NCBI GenBank assembly: GCA_965223415.1 | Contig: OZ245002.1 | Span: forward strand, 352,001 to 416,000 | Reading direction: 5' to 3' | DNA: 64,000 nt | Origin: Myxococcota bacterium | GTDB lineage: Bacteria; Myxococcota_A; UBA9160; UBA6930 | Shown: in pieces, positions 1-9,045 of the stretch | Position numbering within the stretch: the stretch's first letter is position 1 | Layout: each line of letters opens with the position of its first letter | Notes under the pieces: generated by a model | The model's input: only the letters and a program-made list of their open reading frames with translations | What the model was told of the DNA's origin: nothing | The model's database searches: none | Translations under genes and position numbers: made by a program

Positions 1-198
1 GATGGCGTCCTGCATCTCCTGGAGAACGTCGTCCGCCGGAGGCACGCCCGCGAGGCGGTCGTGCATGCGCCGCGCCTGGTCGCGGGCTCCCGCCCAGGAT
101 GCCGGGGAAGTGAACAACAGACATGCTCCCGCCAACAGCAGGACCACGGCTCGCCCTCCCCAGCGACGCCCCGGTTGGAAGAAATCCGGCTTGACCAT
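1..198 (-). CDS. 5' part of a secreted hypothetical protein, running off the window edge
   Basis: Manual translation MVKPDFFQPGRRWGGRAVVLLLAGACLLFTSPASWAGARDQARRMHDRLAGVPP...; GGAGA RBS upstream; signal-peptide-like segment. Not in the ORF track. Confidence 0.75.
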   Translation of the reverse strand, partial: MVKPDFFQPGRRWGGRAVVLLLAGACLLFTSPASWAGARDQARRMHDRLAGVPPADDVLQEMQDAI

Positions 199-282
199 GG
201 TGTCTCCCGCGAACCCGACGAAAACATGAAGCTCGTCTTCAGGGACGCAGTGATCCCATCGACCACGCCTTCGAGGCCGCTG

Positions 283-296
283 GTGAGCCAACTCAC
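283..296. promoter_or_regulatory. CRP/FNR-family-like box GTGA-N6-TCAC
   Basis: GTGAGCCAACTCAC, perfect core, intergenic, upstream of the 1..198 gene. Confidence 0.5.
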
Positions 297-398
297 GGCG
301 ACTGGCCGGACGCAACGCGGCAGACAAGCCGCAGGTGTCAGGCAGGCGAGGGCCGCAGGCGTGGGCCGCGGCGGGAGATGCCACGCGGCCGGAATTCG

Positions 399-412
399 GT
401 GACGTCCGACAC
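399..412. promoter_or_regulatory. CRP/FNR-family-like box (1 mismatch)
   Basis: GTGACGTCCGACAC; 13/14 identical to the site at 1414-1427. Confidence 0.45.
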
Positions 413-427
413 GTCCCGGATTCGCGC

Positions 428-1300
428 CTACTTCCAGCTGGTGGTGTTGTGGCAGATCTCGCAGATGTCCGGTGACGGGATGTGCCCCGGGTGCTTCCCC
501 GTAGCCAGGACGCCATTGTGGCAGGTGAAGCACCCGCTCGTGATACCGGTGTGATCCATGACGCCGCGTCGGAAGTCCACCGTGTCGTGGCAGGCCTCAC
601 AGCGGTTGTGGGTCGGGATGTGGTTCCGGTCCTTGCCCGGCGCCCTTCGACCGTCATGGCAGCTGGTACAGCCGTTCTTGATTCCGGTGTGGTTCATCCG
701 CGCGCTGGCGAAGCGCACCACGTCGTGGCAGTCCTCGCAGCGATTCGACGTGGGCAGGTGGTCGCGGGTCTTGCCTGTTGTGCGGGACCCGTTGTGACAG
801 CTGAAGCAGGCGCCGGTGATGCCCACGTGGTCGAAGCGGGCCCGCCGCCAGGTGAAGGTGGTGTGGCAGTCCTCGCAGCGATTCGACGTGGGCAGGTGGG
901 CGGCGTACTTGCCCTCGGCCCAGGCCCCGTTGTGGCAGGCGCCGCAGGGATCCGTCACGTCCATGTGATCGAAGCGGGCGTGGCTCCAGGTGGCCGTCGT
1001 GTGGCAGTCGTCGCAGCGATCCGAGCTCGGCACGTGGTTCGCCGGCTTGCGGGTCCAGCCGGAGAGCCCCGCCCCACCGTGGCACGCGACGCAGGCGTCC
1101 GGCGTCGCGCCGAACTCGCCGCCCGGGTGGCAGCTCTCGCAGGCCGCCCGGGCGTGTCCCCCGGTCAGGGGGAAGCCCGTCGTCCAGTGGTCGAAGTCCT
1201 CGTAGTCCACCGGTTGGGTCGCGGCCGGTGCCGCCAGGAGCAGGACGAGCGCCAGCGCCCCGAGGGCCCGATGCGGTCCTGTGCGCCCGGTCGCAGTCAT
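428..1300 (-). CDS. Multiheme cytochrome c, 11 CxxCH motifs, signal peptide
   Basis: 11 CxxCH counted; about 46-aa diheme repeat (CxxCHNG...GK...HxPT..CxxCH...F/MDH). Confidence 0.93.
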   Translation of the reverse strand: MTATGRTGPHRALGALALVLLLAAPAATQPVDYEDFDHWTTGFPLTGGHARAACESCHPGGEFGATPDACVACHGGAGLSGWTRKPANHVPSSDRCDDCHTTATWSHARFDHMDVTDPCGACHNGAWAEGKYAAHLPTSNRCEDCHTTFTWRRARFDHVGITGACFSCHNGSRTTGKTRDHLPTSNRCEDCHDVVRFASARMNHTGIKNGCTSCHDGRRAPGKDRNHIPTHNRCEACHDTVDFRRGVMDHTGITSGCFTCHNGVLATGKHPGHIPSPDICEICHNTTSWK

Positions 1301-1412
1301 GTCCGTCCTTCCGATCCCGTCCGCGCCCTGGGGCGGCGGGGCCCCGGCACGAACCGGCAGCTACCCGGCCCGGGGCCTCAATTCTCCTACTCGTCCGATC
1401 GATGGAAGAACT

Positions 1413-1428
1413 TGTGACGTCTGACACA
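1413..1428. promoter_or_regulatory. CRP-like box TGTGA-N6-ACACA
   Basis: TGTGACGTCTGACACA between the divergent cytochrome and porin genes. Confidence 0.5.
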
Positions 1429-1449
1429 CCGGCCCGAGCCGGCCCGTCG

Positions 1450-4095
1450 ATGGACACCACGGGTGAGACCCGTGGCGTCGAGGAGTGCCCGTTGCTGGCT
1501 GCACACAGGAGAGGAGGCGATGGCCGGCCCTGGCGCACGGGTGTGCGGGCCGTGGCGCTGCTCCTCCTCCTCGCGCCGCTGGCCGCCGACGCCCAGACGG
1601 CTCGGGGGCGCCTGCTCCGGGGCCTGGAGTTCGCTTCGGGCGGCCGCGAGATCCACGTCCGCATGGGCGTCCCGGTGCGCTACGTGCGGCACGCCCCGGC
1701 CGGCGCCAGCGATCGGTTCGAGGTCGAGCTGACACCCCTCGCCCAGGATCGGGTCGACCTGCTGTCCGAGCGCGGCGACGAGGCCCTGCGGGCGCCCGCC
1801 GCCGCCGGCAGCCCGCTGCGGGAGGTGCGCTACCAGGGCGGACGACGGCGCGAAGCCCGCTTGGAGCTGCGCTTCACCGAGACCGTGCGCATCGACGTCC
1901 GGCAGGGCTCGGACCTGCGCAGCCTCGTGGTGACCGTGGAGAAGCGTCGCCCTCGGCGAAAGCCGGCTCCGAGCCCGGAGCCCGCACCGGTCCCGGCCCC
2001 CGTCGCGCCGGAGCCCGAACCGCCCGCGATGACAGCGACACCGGACGCGCCGGACGCACTCCGCCATCCCTACGCGATCCAGCTCCACGCCGGCCCCGCG
2101 GCGGAACCCCTGCCCGACGTTCCCGACGGTCTGTTCAGCGCGGGCCTACAGCTCTACGAGGTGCCCCTCGAACGCGATGGCGAGGCCTGGCGTCGCCTTC
2201 GGGTGGGCTTCTTTGCCGACGAGGCCGAGGCCCAGGCAATGCGAGACCGCGTCGCCACCACCTTCCACGATGCGTGGGTCGTCCGCGCGACCCCCGAGGA
2301 GAGGGGAGCGGCTCCGCGAGCGAAGACCCACGCGGAGCGGGCGACGCCGCGAGCGGACGGCGTCGGCGACCGGCAAGCGGCTCCGCGTGCGGCCGCGCCG
2401 GAGACCCGCGAAGCCGCGGCACGAGAAGACACGGCCGAGATCCTGCCCGCCCCGTCGCCACCGGTTCCCGCGGCTCCGCTCCCGGCCGAGGACGCGGAGC
2501 TCGTGGCCCGCCTGCTGGGGGAGGGCCACGACGCGCTGGCCGCCGGCGAGCAGGAGCGTGCGGTCCAGCTCTTCACCAAGGTGCTCGCCTTCCCCGAGAA
2601 CCCTTCCACCCCCGAAGCCCTCGAGTGGCTCGGCCTCGCCCGCGAGCGCAAGGGCCAGCTCGCCCACGCCCAGGCCGAGTACCAGGCCTATCTGGAGCGG
2701 TATCCGGAGGGCGAAGGCGCCGTCCGTGTGCGGCAGCGCCTCGACGCGTTGCTCACCGCCCGTTCCGAGCCCACGCCGGCACTCCGCCCGGCGGCCACGA
2801 CCCGGCGCGCCAGCGACTTCGACGTCTTCGGCAGCGTCGCCACCGCCTACCGCCGCGACGAGCGAGAGGCCCGCGGCCTTGGCGACTTCCTCGTGGACTC
2901 GGCGTTCTTCAGCGACGTCTTCGTCGGGAGCCGCTGGCAGAGCGAGCGTTGGGACGTGCGCGGCGAGATGTCCGGAACCCACCTCTACGACTTCATCGAC
3001 GACGACACGGACTGGCGGGCGAACACCCTCTTCCTCGAAGCCCTCGGCCGCGGCCAGCCCTGGGGCTTCGGGGTGGGGCGGCTGCCGGGCAACCGGGCCG
3101 GGGTGATCGGCCGCATGGACGGCGTGCGCCTGAGCTACGAGCTGCAGCCCGGCTGGCGCCTTGGCAGCGTCGCAGGCTTCCCGGTCGACCCCTTCCTGCA
3201 GTCGACCCCGGACACGGATCGCCAGCTCTTCGGGCTGAGCCTGGAGACCCTCGAGCTCGTGGAGGGCGTGGACGTCGAGCTCTTCGCCATCCAGCAATGG
3301 GCGGAAGGCCTCACCGATCGAAGCGCGGTCGGCGCGGAGCTTCGCTATGCGGCGGAGGGGCGCTTCCTCGCCGGCCTGTTCGACTACGACCTCCACTTCG
3401 GCGCCCTGAATACGGCCTTCTTGATCGGGAACCTGCAGCTGCGCCCGGACACGGACCTGAACGTCCTCCTCGATTGGCGGCGCCTGCCCACCCTGGAGAC
3501 GCGCAACGCGCTGCTCGGGCAGCCCGACGACTCCCTCGACGACCTGAGGGATCGGCTGGGCGTGGGCGATCTCGAGTCCCTGGCCGAGGACCGCACGGCC
3601 CGCTCGCGGTCGGCCAGCCTCGGACTCACCCACCGACTCAACGAGCGCTTCCAGGTGTCCGGCGACCTCACGCTCTCGGACCTCTCGGGCACGCCGGCCT
3701 CCGGGGGCATCGAGGCCTTCGAGGGCACCGGTCGGCAGCTCTCGAGCTACCTCCAGGTGACCGGTACCGAACTCCTGCTGGCGGGCGACGTGGGCACCCT
3801 CGGCCTTCGCTGGGTGGACGCCCGGGAGATCGACGTGGTCGGCCTGCTGTGGAGCTGGCGATCGCCCCTGTGGCGACGCTTCCGCCTGAACCCGCTCCTC
3901 GATCTCGAGTGGCGGAGCCCGGACCGGGGCGGGCGCGTGTTCACCGTGCGCCCCGGGCTGCGGGTGGACATGACCCTGGGCCGGCTGACCCTCGACGCGG
4001 AGGGTCACTACATCTGGTCCGACGGCGCGCGCTTCCCGGGCGTCGAGGACGAGCAGGGCTACACGCTGCTGCTCGGCGTCCGATACGACTACTGA
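1450..4095 (+). CDS. Outer-membrane beta-barrel protein with N-terminal AMIN-like, SPOR-like and TPR regions (putative porin of a porin-cytochrome complex); start uncertain (1402-1543)
   Basis: Signal peptide VRAVALLLLLAPLAADA; SPOR-like YAIQL...WRRLRVGFF.DEAEA; TPR EALEWLGLARER...YQAYLERYP; amphipathic strands; C-terminal GVRYDY. Confidence 0.8.
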   Translation: MDTTGETRGVEECPLLAAHRRGGDGRPWRTGVRAVALLLLLAPLAADAQTARGRLLRGLEFASGGREIHVRMGVPVRYVRHAPAGASDRFEVELTPLAQDRVDLLSERGDEALRAPAAAGSPLREVRYQGGRRREARLELRFTETVRIDVRQGSDLRSLVVTVEKRRPRRKPAPSPEPAPVPAPVAPEPEPPAMTATPDAPDALRHPYAIQLHAGPAAEPLPDVPDGLFSAGLQLYEVPLERDGEAWRRLRVGFFADEAEAQAMRDRVATTFHDAWVVRATPEERGAAPRAKTHAERATPRADGVGDRQAAPRAAAPETREAAAREDTAEILPAPSPPVPAAPLPAEDAELVARLLGEGHDALAAGEQERAVQLFTKVLAFPENPSTPEALEWLGLARERKGQLAHAQAEYQAYLERYPEGEGAVRVRQRLDALLTARSEPTPALRPAATTRRASDFDVFGSVATAYRRDEREARGLGDFLVDSAFFSDVFVGSRWQSERWDVRGEMSGTHLYDFIDDDTDWRANTLFLEALGRGQPWGFGVGRLPGNRAGVIGRMDGVRLSYELQPGWRLGSVAGFPVDPFLQSTPDTDRQLFGLSLETLELVEGVDVELFAIQQWAEGLTDRSAVGAELRYAAEGRFLAGLFDYDLHFGALNTAFLIGNLQLRPDTDLNVLLDWRRLPTLETRNALLGQPDDSLDDLRDRLGVGDLESLAEDRTARSRSASLGLTHRLNERFQVSGDLTLSDLSGTPASGGIEAFEGTGRQLSSYLQVTGTELLLAGDVGTLGLRWVDAREIDVVGLLWSWRSPLWRRFRLNPLLDLEWRSPDRGGRVFTVRPGLRVDMTLGRLTLDAEGHYIWSDGARFPGVEDEQGYTLLLGVRYDY

Positions 4096-4118
4096 AGACC
4101 TCCTACGCAGGGGTTTGC

Positions 4119-4132
4119 GTGATCGCGCTCAC
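4119..4132. promoter_or_regulatory. CRP/FNR-family-like box GTGA-N6-TCAC
   Basis: GTGATCGCGCTCAC, perfect core, about 35 bp upstream of GTG 4167. Confidence 0.5.
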
Positions 4133-4166
4133 CTCTTCGTGGGCAGGATCCCGCGATGGAGCACCC

Positions 4167-5501
4167 GTGAGCAGCTTCGAGGCAGCTTGGCTCCCGCCGG
4201 TGGCGCTCTACGGCGTCCCCCTCCTGTTGGGGTTGTCCCTCTATTTCCGCGGGCGCAGACGGAAGGAGCGCCGGGCCCTCCATGACCTGCGCCGGAGCCG
4301 AGACATCGGTCTCGACGAGCCGGTGTCCATGCATCCGGTCATCAACGGCAACCGCTGTATGGGTTGCGGCGTCTGCGTGGACGCCTGCCCCCACGGCGAC
4401 GTCCTCGGGGTGATCGGCGGTCAGGCGGAGCTCGTCAACCCGACGGAGTGCATCGGTCACGGCGCTTGCACGGCGTCGTGCCCCACGGACGCGATCCGTC
4501 TCGTCGTCGGGAGCGAGCGGCGCGGCGTCAACGTCCCCGTGCTCGGCCCGGACTTCCAGACCAACGTGCCGGGCGTCTTCGTCGCCGGCGAGCTCGGCGG
4601 GATGGGCCTGATCCGCAACGCGATCGAGCAGGGACGCCAGGCGGTGGAGTCGATCGCGAAGCTGCCGGGGGTGGGCAGCGACGATGACCTGCTCGACACG
4701 GTGATCGTCGGCGCCGGCCCGGCGGGCTTCGGCGCTTCGCTCACAGCGCTCCAGACGGGCCTGCGCTTCGTCACCCTCGAGCAGGAGAAGCTCGGCGGCT
4801 CCCTCGTCCACCATCCGCGGGGCAAGATCATCGTGACCCACCCGGTCGAGGTGCCGCTGGTCGGCGCCGTGGACATGCGCGAGACCCACAAGGAGGAGCT
4901 CCTCTCCTTCTGGGAGCGCGTGCGACGGGAGAAGGGCCTTCGCGTCCGCGAGAACGAGCGGGTCGAGGCGGTCGCCCGGCGCTCGGACGGGACCTTCGAG
5001 GTGCAGACGACGCGCGCGACCTACGAGACCCGCAGCGTGCTCCTCGCCGTGGGCCGGCGCGGCACGCCCCGCAAGCTCGAAGTGCCGGGCGAGGAGACGA
5101 GCAAGGTCGTGTACTCGCTCTCGGACCCGCGCCAGTACAGCGGGAAGAAGGTGATCGTGGTCGGCGGTGGCGACAGCGCGCTCGAGGCGGCGGCTTCCCT
5201 CGCGAAGGAGAAGGGCACGCAGGTGATCCTGGTCCATCGCGGCGAAGGCTTCCCGCGGAGCTGCGCCCGCAGCCGCGAGCTGGTGGAGGAGGCGGCCTGC
5301 GCTCATGGCCTCGAGGTCTGGCTGCACAGCCAGGTCCGCGAGATCCGGCCCGACGCGGTGGTCGTCTCGACCGGGGACGGAACCCGGGAGGTCCCGAACG
5401 ACGCGGTGTTGGTGTGCGCCGGCGGCATCCTGCCGAACGACTTCCTGCTCAAGATCGGCGTCGAGATCGAGACCAAATTCGGGACCCCGGTGAACGCATG
5501 A
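4167..5501 (+). CDS. Membrane-anchored 4Fe-4S dicluster / thioredoxin-reductase-like FAD/NAD(P)H oxidoreductase
   Basis: GTG with GGAG RBS; N-terminal TM; CMGCGVCVDACP and CIGHGACTASCP; IVGAGPAG and VVGGGDSA motifs. Confidence 0.88.
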   Translation: MSSFEAAWLPPVALYGVPLLLGLSLYFRGRRRKERRALHDLRRSRDIGLDEPVSMHPVINGNRCMGCGVCVDACPHGDVLGVIGGQAELVNPTECIGHGACTASCPTDAIRLVVGSERRGVNVPVLGPDFQTNVPGVFVAGELGGMGLIRNAIEQGRQAVESIAKLPGVGSDDDLLDTVIVGAGPAGFGASLTALQTGLRFVTLEQEKLGGSLVHHPRGKIIVTHPVEVPLVGAVDMRETHKEELLSFWERVRREKGLRVRENERVEAVARRSDGTFEVQTTRATYETRSVLLAVGRRGTPRKLEVPGEETSKVVYSLSDPRQYSGKKVIVVGGGDSALEAAASLAKEKGTQVILVHRGEGFPRSCARSRELVEEAACAHGLEVWLHSQVREIRPDAVVVSTGDGTREVPNDAVLVCAGGILPNDFLLKIGVEIETKFGTPVNA

Positions 5502-7477
5502 AGCGGATCGGTTGGACGCTCGCCCTGTGGCTGGCGGGCGCGGCCCTGCTGCCCGCGCCGAGCCTGGCCGCCTCGATCGAAGACGTGCAGATGGCGATCC
5601 GCACCCGGGACTTCGCCCTCGCGGCCCGCCTGTGCGACGAACTGGCCCGAGCCGGCGTGCCCGAAGCCCAGTACCAGATGGGCGTGCTGCTTCGCTCGGG
5701 GCGCGGAGTGGAGAAGGACCTGGCCAAGGCGCGCCATTGGCTCGGGCGTGCCGCCCTGGCTGGCCACGCCCCCGCCCAGTACCAGCTCGCCCAGCTCTAT
5801 CGCAACGGCTGGGGCGGGCCGGCGGATCCCGATCGCGCCCGGGCCTGGCTCTCGGCGGCGGCAGCCCTCGGTCACGAGCCGGCCGCGCGGGCCCTGGAGG
5901 CGGCGGAGGCCGCCGGCGGCGTGACGAGCGCGCGGGATGCGGGCCCCGAGGAGGACGCCAACGAGCGTCTGGAGCGGGCCCTGCGGAGCCGGGACGTGAC
6001 CGCGGCCCGCGCCGCCCTCGGCGCCGGCGCCGACCCGAACGGGGCCGATGCGACCGGTGCGCCGCTCCTCCACCTGGCGGTCGGCCTGGACGCGCCGGCG
6101 GTGGCGGAGCTGTTGCTGGCGGCCGGAGCGCGGGTCGACGCGGTCGGGCGGGACGACGAGACCGCCCTGCACCTCGCTGTACGCACGGGAGGCGACGCGG
6201 TGCTTCCCCTCCTGCTCGCCGCGGGCGCCCCTCCGGACGCGAAGGACGCCCTGGGCGCGACGCCCCTGCACCTGGCGGCCCGGCGCGGGAGCCGCTCGGC
6301 GACGACGCAGCTGCTAGGCGCAGGCGCCTCGGCGGACGCGCGAGACGAAGCCGGCCGGAGCCCCCTCGACCTCGCCCGGGCGGCGGACCACGGAGCCGCG
6401 GCCGCGACGCTGCTTGCGGCCGGCGCCTCGGAGAGGACGCGACCGGCACCGGCACGCCGATCGGCGCGCTGGATCGCCGAGCAGCCGGCTCCCGAGGCGG
6501 GCTGGACGCCGCTGATGGCGGCGGCCTGGCGCGGCGAGGACGCGTTGGTGGAATCCCTGGTGCGTGCGGGAGCAGCCGTCAACGAGCGGGGCCCGGACGC
6601 GCACACCGCGCTCACCCGGGCCGCATGGGCCGGGGCCGAGGCGACGGTCGCACGGCTCCTCGCCGCCGGAGCCGACCCGAAGGCGCGCACCGAGGCCGCG
6701 GACCGCGGCGCCCTCTCCTGGGCGGCCGCCGAGGGCCACGACGGCGTGGTGGCGCGATTGCTCGTCGCGGGCCTGCCGCCGGACGAGACCGACCAGGCCG
6801 GGCGGACGCCCCTCGCCTGGGCCGCCCACGGCGGCCACGGAGAGGTGGTCCGCCGCTTGCTCGCGGCCGGGGCCGACCCCAGCCACGCGGACGCCGAAGG
6901 CCTGACACCGCTCGCCCTCGCCCTTCAGGCGGAGAGCGGACCTGCCAGTGCAGCCCTCCTCGAAGCCGGCGTGCGCCCGGACGCCGAGGCACTGTGCCGC
7001 GCGGCCTCGCGAAGCGACGGGGGCGCCTTCGGCGTGCTGCTGCGCCACGGCGGCGATCCGAACCTGACCTGCCCCGACGGCCTCTCCGTCCTGGCCGTGG
7101 CGGCGACCGGCGGCGATCCGGCCCGGGTCGAGGCACTCCTCGACGATGGCGCCGACCTCACCGCCGCCACCCGGAACGGCGACACGGCGTTGATCCTGGC
7201 CGCCGGCCGTGGGCAGCGTGAGATCGTCCGCCTGCTCGCGGAGCGCGGCGCCGACCTCGACCACCGGGGCCACCGCCGCCACACCGCACTGATGCGGGCC
7301 GCGGAAGCCGGACACGTCGAGGTCGTCCGCGACCTCCTCGAAGCCGGCGCCGGCCTGCGCACCCGCAATGCCAACGGGGACACCGCCTTGGCCCTCGCCC
7401 GCCGCGGCGGCCACGACGCCGTCGCGACCCTCCTCGCCCAGCCCCCCGCCGACGCAAGCTGGCTCGACCGCCTCTAG
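5498..7477 (+). CDS. Secreted Sel1-repeat plus ankyrin-repeat protein
   Basis: ATGA overlap with upstream gene; signal peptide; AQYQMG/AQYQLA Sel1 repeats; many TPLHLAA/TALxxAA ankyrin repeats. Confidence 0.9.
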   Translation: MKRIGWTLALWLAGAALLPAPSLAASIEDVQMAIRTRDFALAARLCDELARAGVPEAQYQMGVLLRSGRGVEKDLAKARHWLGRAALAGHAPAQYQLAQLYRNGWGGPADPDRARAWLSAAAALGHEPAARALEAAEAAGGVTSARDAGPEEDANERLERALRSRDVTAARAALGAGADPNGADATGAPLLHLAVGLDAPAVAELLLAAGARVDAVGRDDETALHLAVRTGGDAVLPLLLAAGAPPDAKDALGATPLHLAARRGSRSATTQLLGAGASADARDEAGRSPLDLARAADHGAAAATLLAAGASERTRPAPARRSARWIAEQPAPEAGWTPLMAAAWRGEDALVESLVRAGAAVNERGPDAHTALTRAAWAGAEATVARLLAAGADPKARTEAADRGALSWAAAEGHDGVVARLLVAGLPPDETDQAGRTPLAWAAHGGHGEVVRRLLAAGADPSHADAEGLTPLALALQAESGPASAALLEAGVRPDAEALCRAASRSDGGAFGVLLRHGGDPNLTCPDGLSVLAVAATGGDPARVEALLDDGADLTAATRNGDTALILAAGRGQREIVRLLAERGADLDHRGHRRHTALMRAAEAGHVEVVRDLLEAGAGLRTRNANGDTALALARRGGHDAVATLLAQPPADASWLDRL

Positions 7478-7488
7478 TCGAGAAACGG

Positions 7489-9045
7489 TCAGCGGTCGAG
7501 GTGGACCTGGGTCCAGTCCTCTTCGTTGTGGCAGCGGGCGCAGTCGCGGCCGAAAGCGCCGCGGTGGATGTCGTCGGCGAAGTGGCAGCTGACGCAGTCG
7601 TGGGCCAGCTCGATGGTCTCGGGGGCCGGGGCGACGTGACAGGTCGTGCAGTCGACGCCGTCGTGGGCGCCGTGGAGGGCGAAGTCGGTCGCGTCGTGGT
7701 CGAAGCGCCAGACGGGCCAGCCGTTCGGGTTGTGGCACAGGGCGCAGGCCTCGGTGAGACGCTGCTCGTGGGTGTCGTCGGGGCGGTGGCAGGCGACGCA
7801 GTCGGTCTCGGCGTCGGCGTAGGCGTGGGTCGCGTGGCAGGCCTCGCAAGCGGCGGTGGCGTGGAGGCCCAGCAGCGGGAAGGCCGTGAGATCGTGGTCG
7901 AAGCCCACGGTCTGCGTCCAGGAGCGCTCGTCGTGGCAGGCAGCGCAGTCCTCCCCCTGCTGGCCCCGGTGCACGTCGTCGCTGGCGTGACAGGACTGGC
8001 AGTCCCGCCCCACCTCCTCGTCCAGCGCACCGGGATGACAGCTCTCGCAGCGCACGTCCGCGTGCTTGCCGAGGAGAGGCCAGTCCGTGTCGCGATCGTG
8101 GTCGAAGCCGATCTTCGCCCAACTCCCCGTGTCGTGACACGCCTGGCAATCCTCCCCGTTGCGCCCGACGTGGACATCGTCGGCGCGATGGCAGGAGACA
8201 CAGTCCTTCGGTGCCGGGTCATCGTAGAGGTGCCCCTCGTGGCAGGCGCCGCAGGCCACGCCGGCGTGCTTGCCCGTGAGCCGGTACTCCGTGTCCCGGT
8301 CGTGGTCGAAGAGGATCGTCTTCCAGTCGAGGGCGTCGTGGCAGTCGCCGCAGCGCGGCCCGAAGCTCGCCGTGTGCACGTCGTCGCTGACGTGACAGGA
8401 GGCGCAGTCGGTGGGCGTGTCCTCGTAGCGCTCGTCCGCGTGACAGAGGCGGCAGGCGGTGTCGGCGTGGGCGCCCTCCAGCGGGAAGTCGGTCGTGTCG
8501 TGGTCGAACTCGGCCTTCTTCCAGCGGACGTCGTCGTGACAGTCGCCGCAATCCTCACCGAGCCCGCCGCGGTGGACGTCGTCGTCCCGGTGACAATCGA
8601 TGCACTGGCTGCTCGCCTCCCGATGCTTCTCGCCTTCGGCGTGACAATCGCCGCAGGGCACGGACACGTGGGCACCATGAAGGGGGTAGTCGGTGAGCTC
8701 GTGGTCGAAGACCGCCGGGTTCAAGCCCACCACGTCGGCATCGCGGCCCTCGTGATCGGTGTGGCAGTCGCGGCATGGGGTCGCCGCCAGCCCCGGGGCG
8801 AGGCCGTGGAAGCCCTCGCCCGCCGTCAGGTCCTCGCCCACCTCCTCGTGACACTCGAGGCACAGCGCGTCCTCGGCGGAGCGGTCGAAGGGCCGGTGGC
8901 AGCTCGTGCACTCCTCCTCCACGTCCGCGTGGCCCTCGATCACCGGACCCGGCATGAGCAGGGTCTCCGGATCGACGGCGTGCAGGGTCGCCGGTCGACC
9001 GAAGAGCATCACCAGACCCGAGAGGACGAGAAGCGCGTGGCGCAT
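7489..9045 (-). CDS. Multiheme cytochrome c, 21 CxxCH motifs, signal peptide
   Basis: 21 CxxCH counted, arranged in triheme modules FDH..T.FPL.G.H...CxxCH..CxxCH..DDVH...CxxCH; TGATG overlap with upstream gene. Confidence 0.94.
   Translation of the reverse strand: MRHALLVLSGLVMLFGRPATLHAVDPETLLMPGPVIEGHADVEEECTSCHRPFDRSAEDALCLECHEEVGEDLTAGEGFHGLAPGLAATPCRDCHTDHEGRDADVVGLNPAVFDHELTDYPLHGAHVSVPCGDCHAEGEKHREASSQCIDCHRDDDVHRGGLGEDCGDCHDDVRWKKAEFDHDTTDFPLEGAHADTACRLCHADERYEDTPTDCASCHVSDDVHTASFGPRCGDCHDALDWKTILFDHDRDTEYRLTGKHAGVACGACHEGHLYDDPAPKDCVSCHRADDVHVGRNGEDCQACHDTGSWAKIGFDHDRDTDWPLLGKHADVRCESCHPGALDEEVGRDCQSCHASDDVHRGQQGEDCAACHDERSWTQTVGFDHDLTAFPLLGLHATAACEACHATHAYADAETDCVACHRPDDTHEQRLTEACALCHNPNGWPVWRFDHDATDFALHGAHDGVDCTTCHVAPAPETIELAHDCVSCHFADDIHRGAFGRDCARCHNEEDWTQVHLDR

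Noticed and set aside
200..427. Possible c-di-GMP or other riboswitch (GGGACGCA at about 242)
   Set aside because: The remaining consensus elements and stems were not found by eye. An Rfam cmscan would settle it.
1485..4166. N-terminal 894 aa of the 1338-aa ORF, and similar long extensions (24103-26904, 12787-14886 upstream part, 50716-52950, 57124-58626)
   Set aside because: Arg/Pro/Gly-rich shadow frames caused by stop-codon scarcity at high GC. The real genes start at internal codons with an RBS or overlap.
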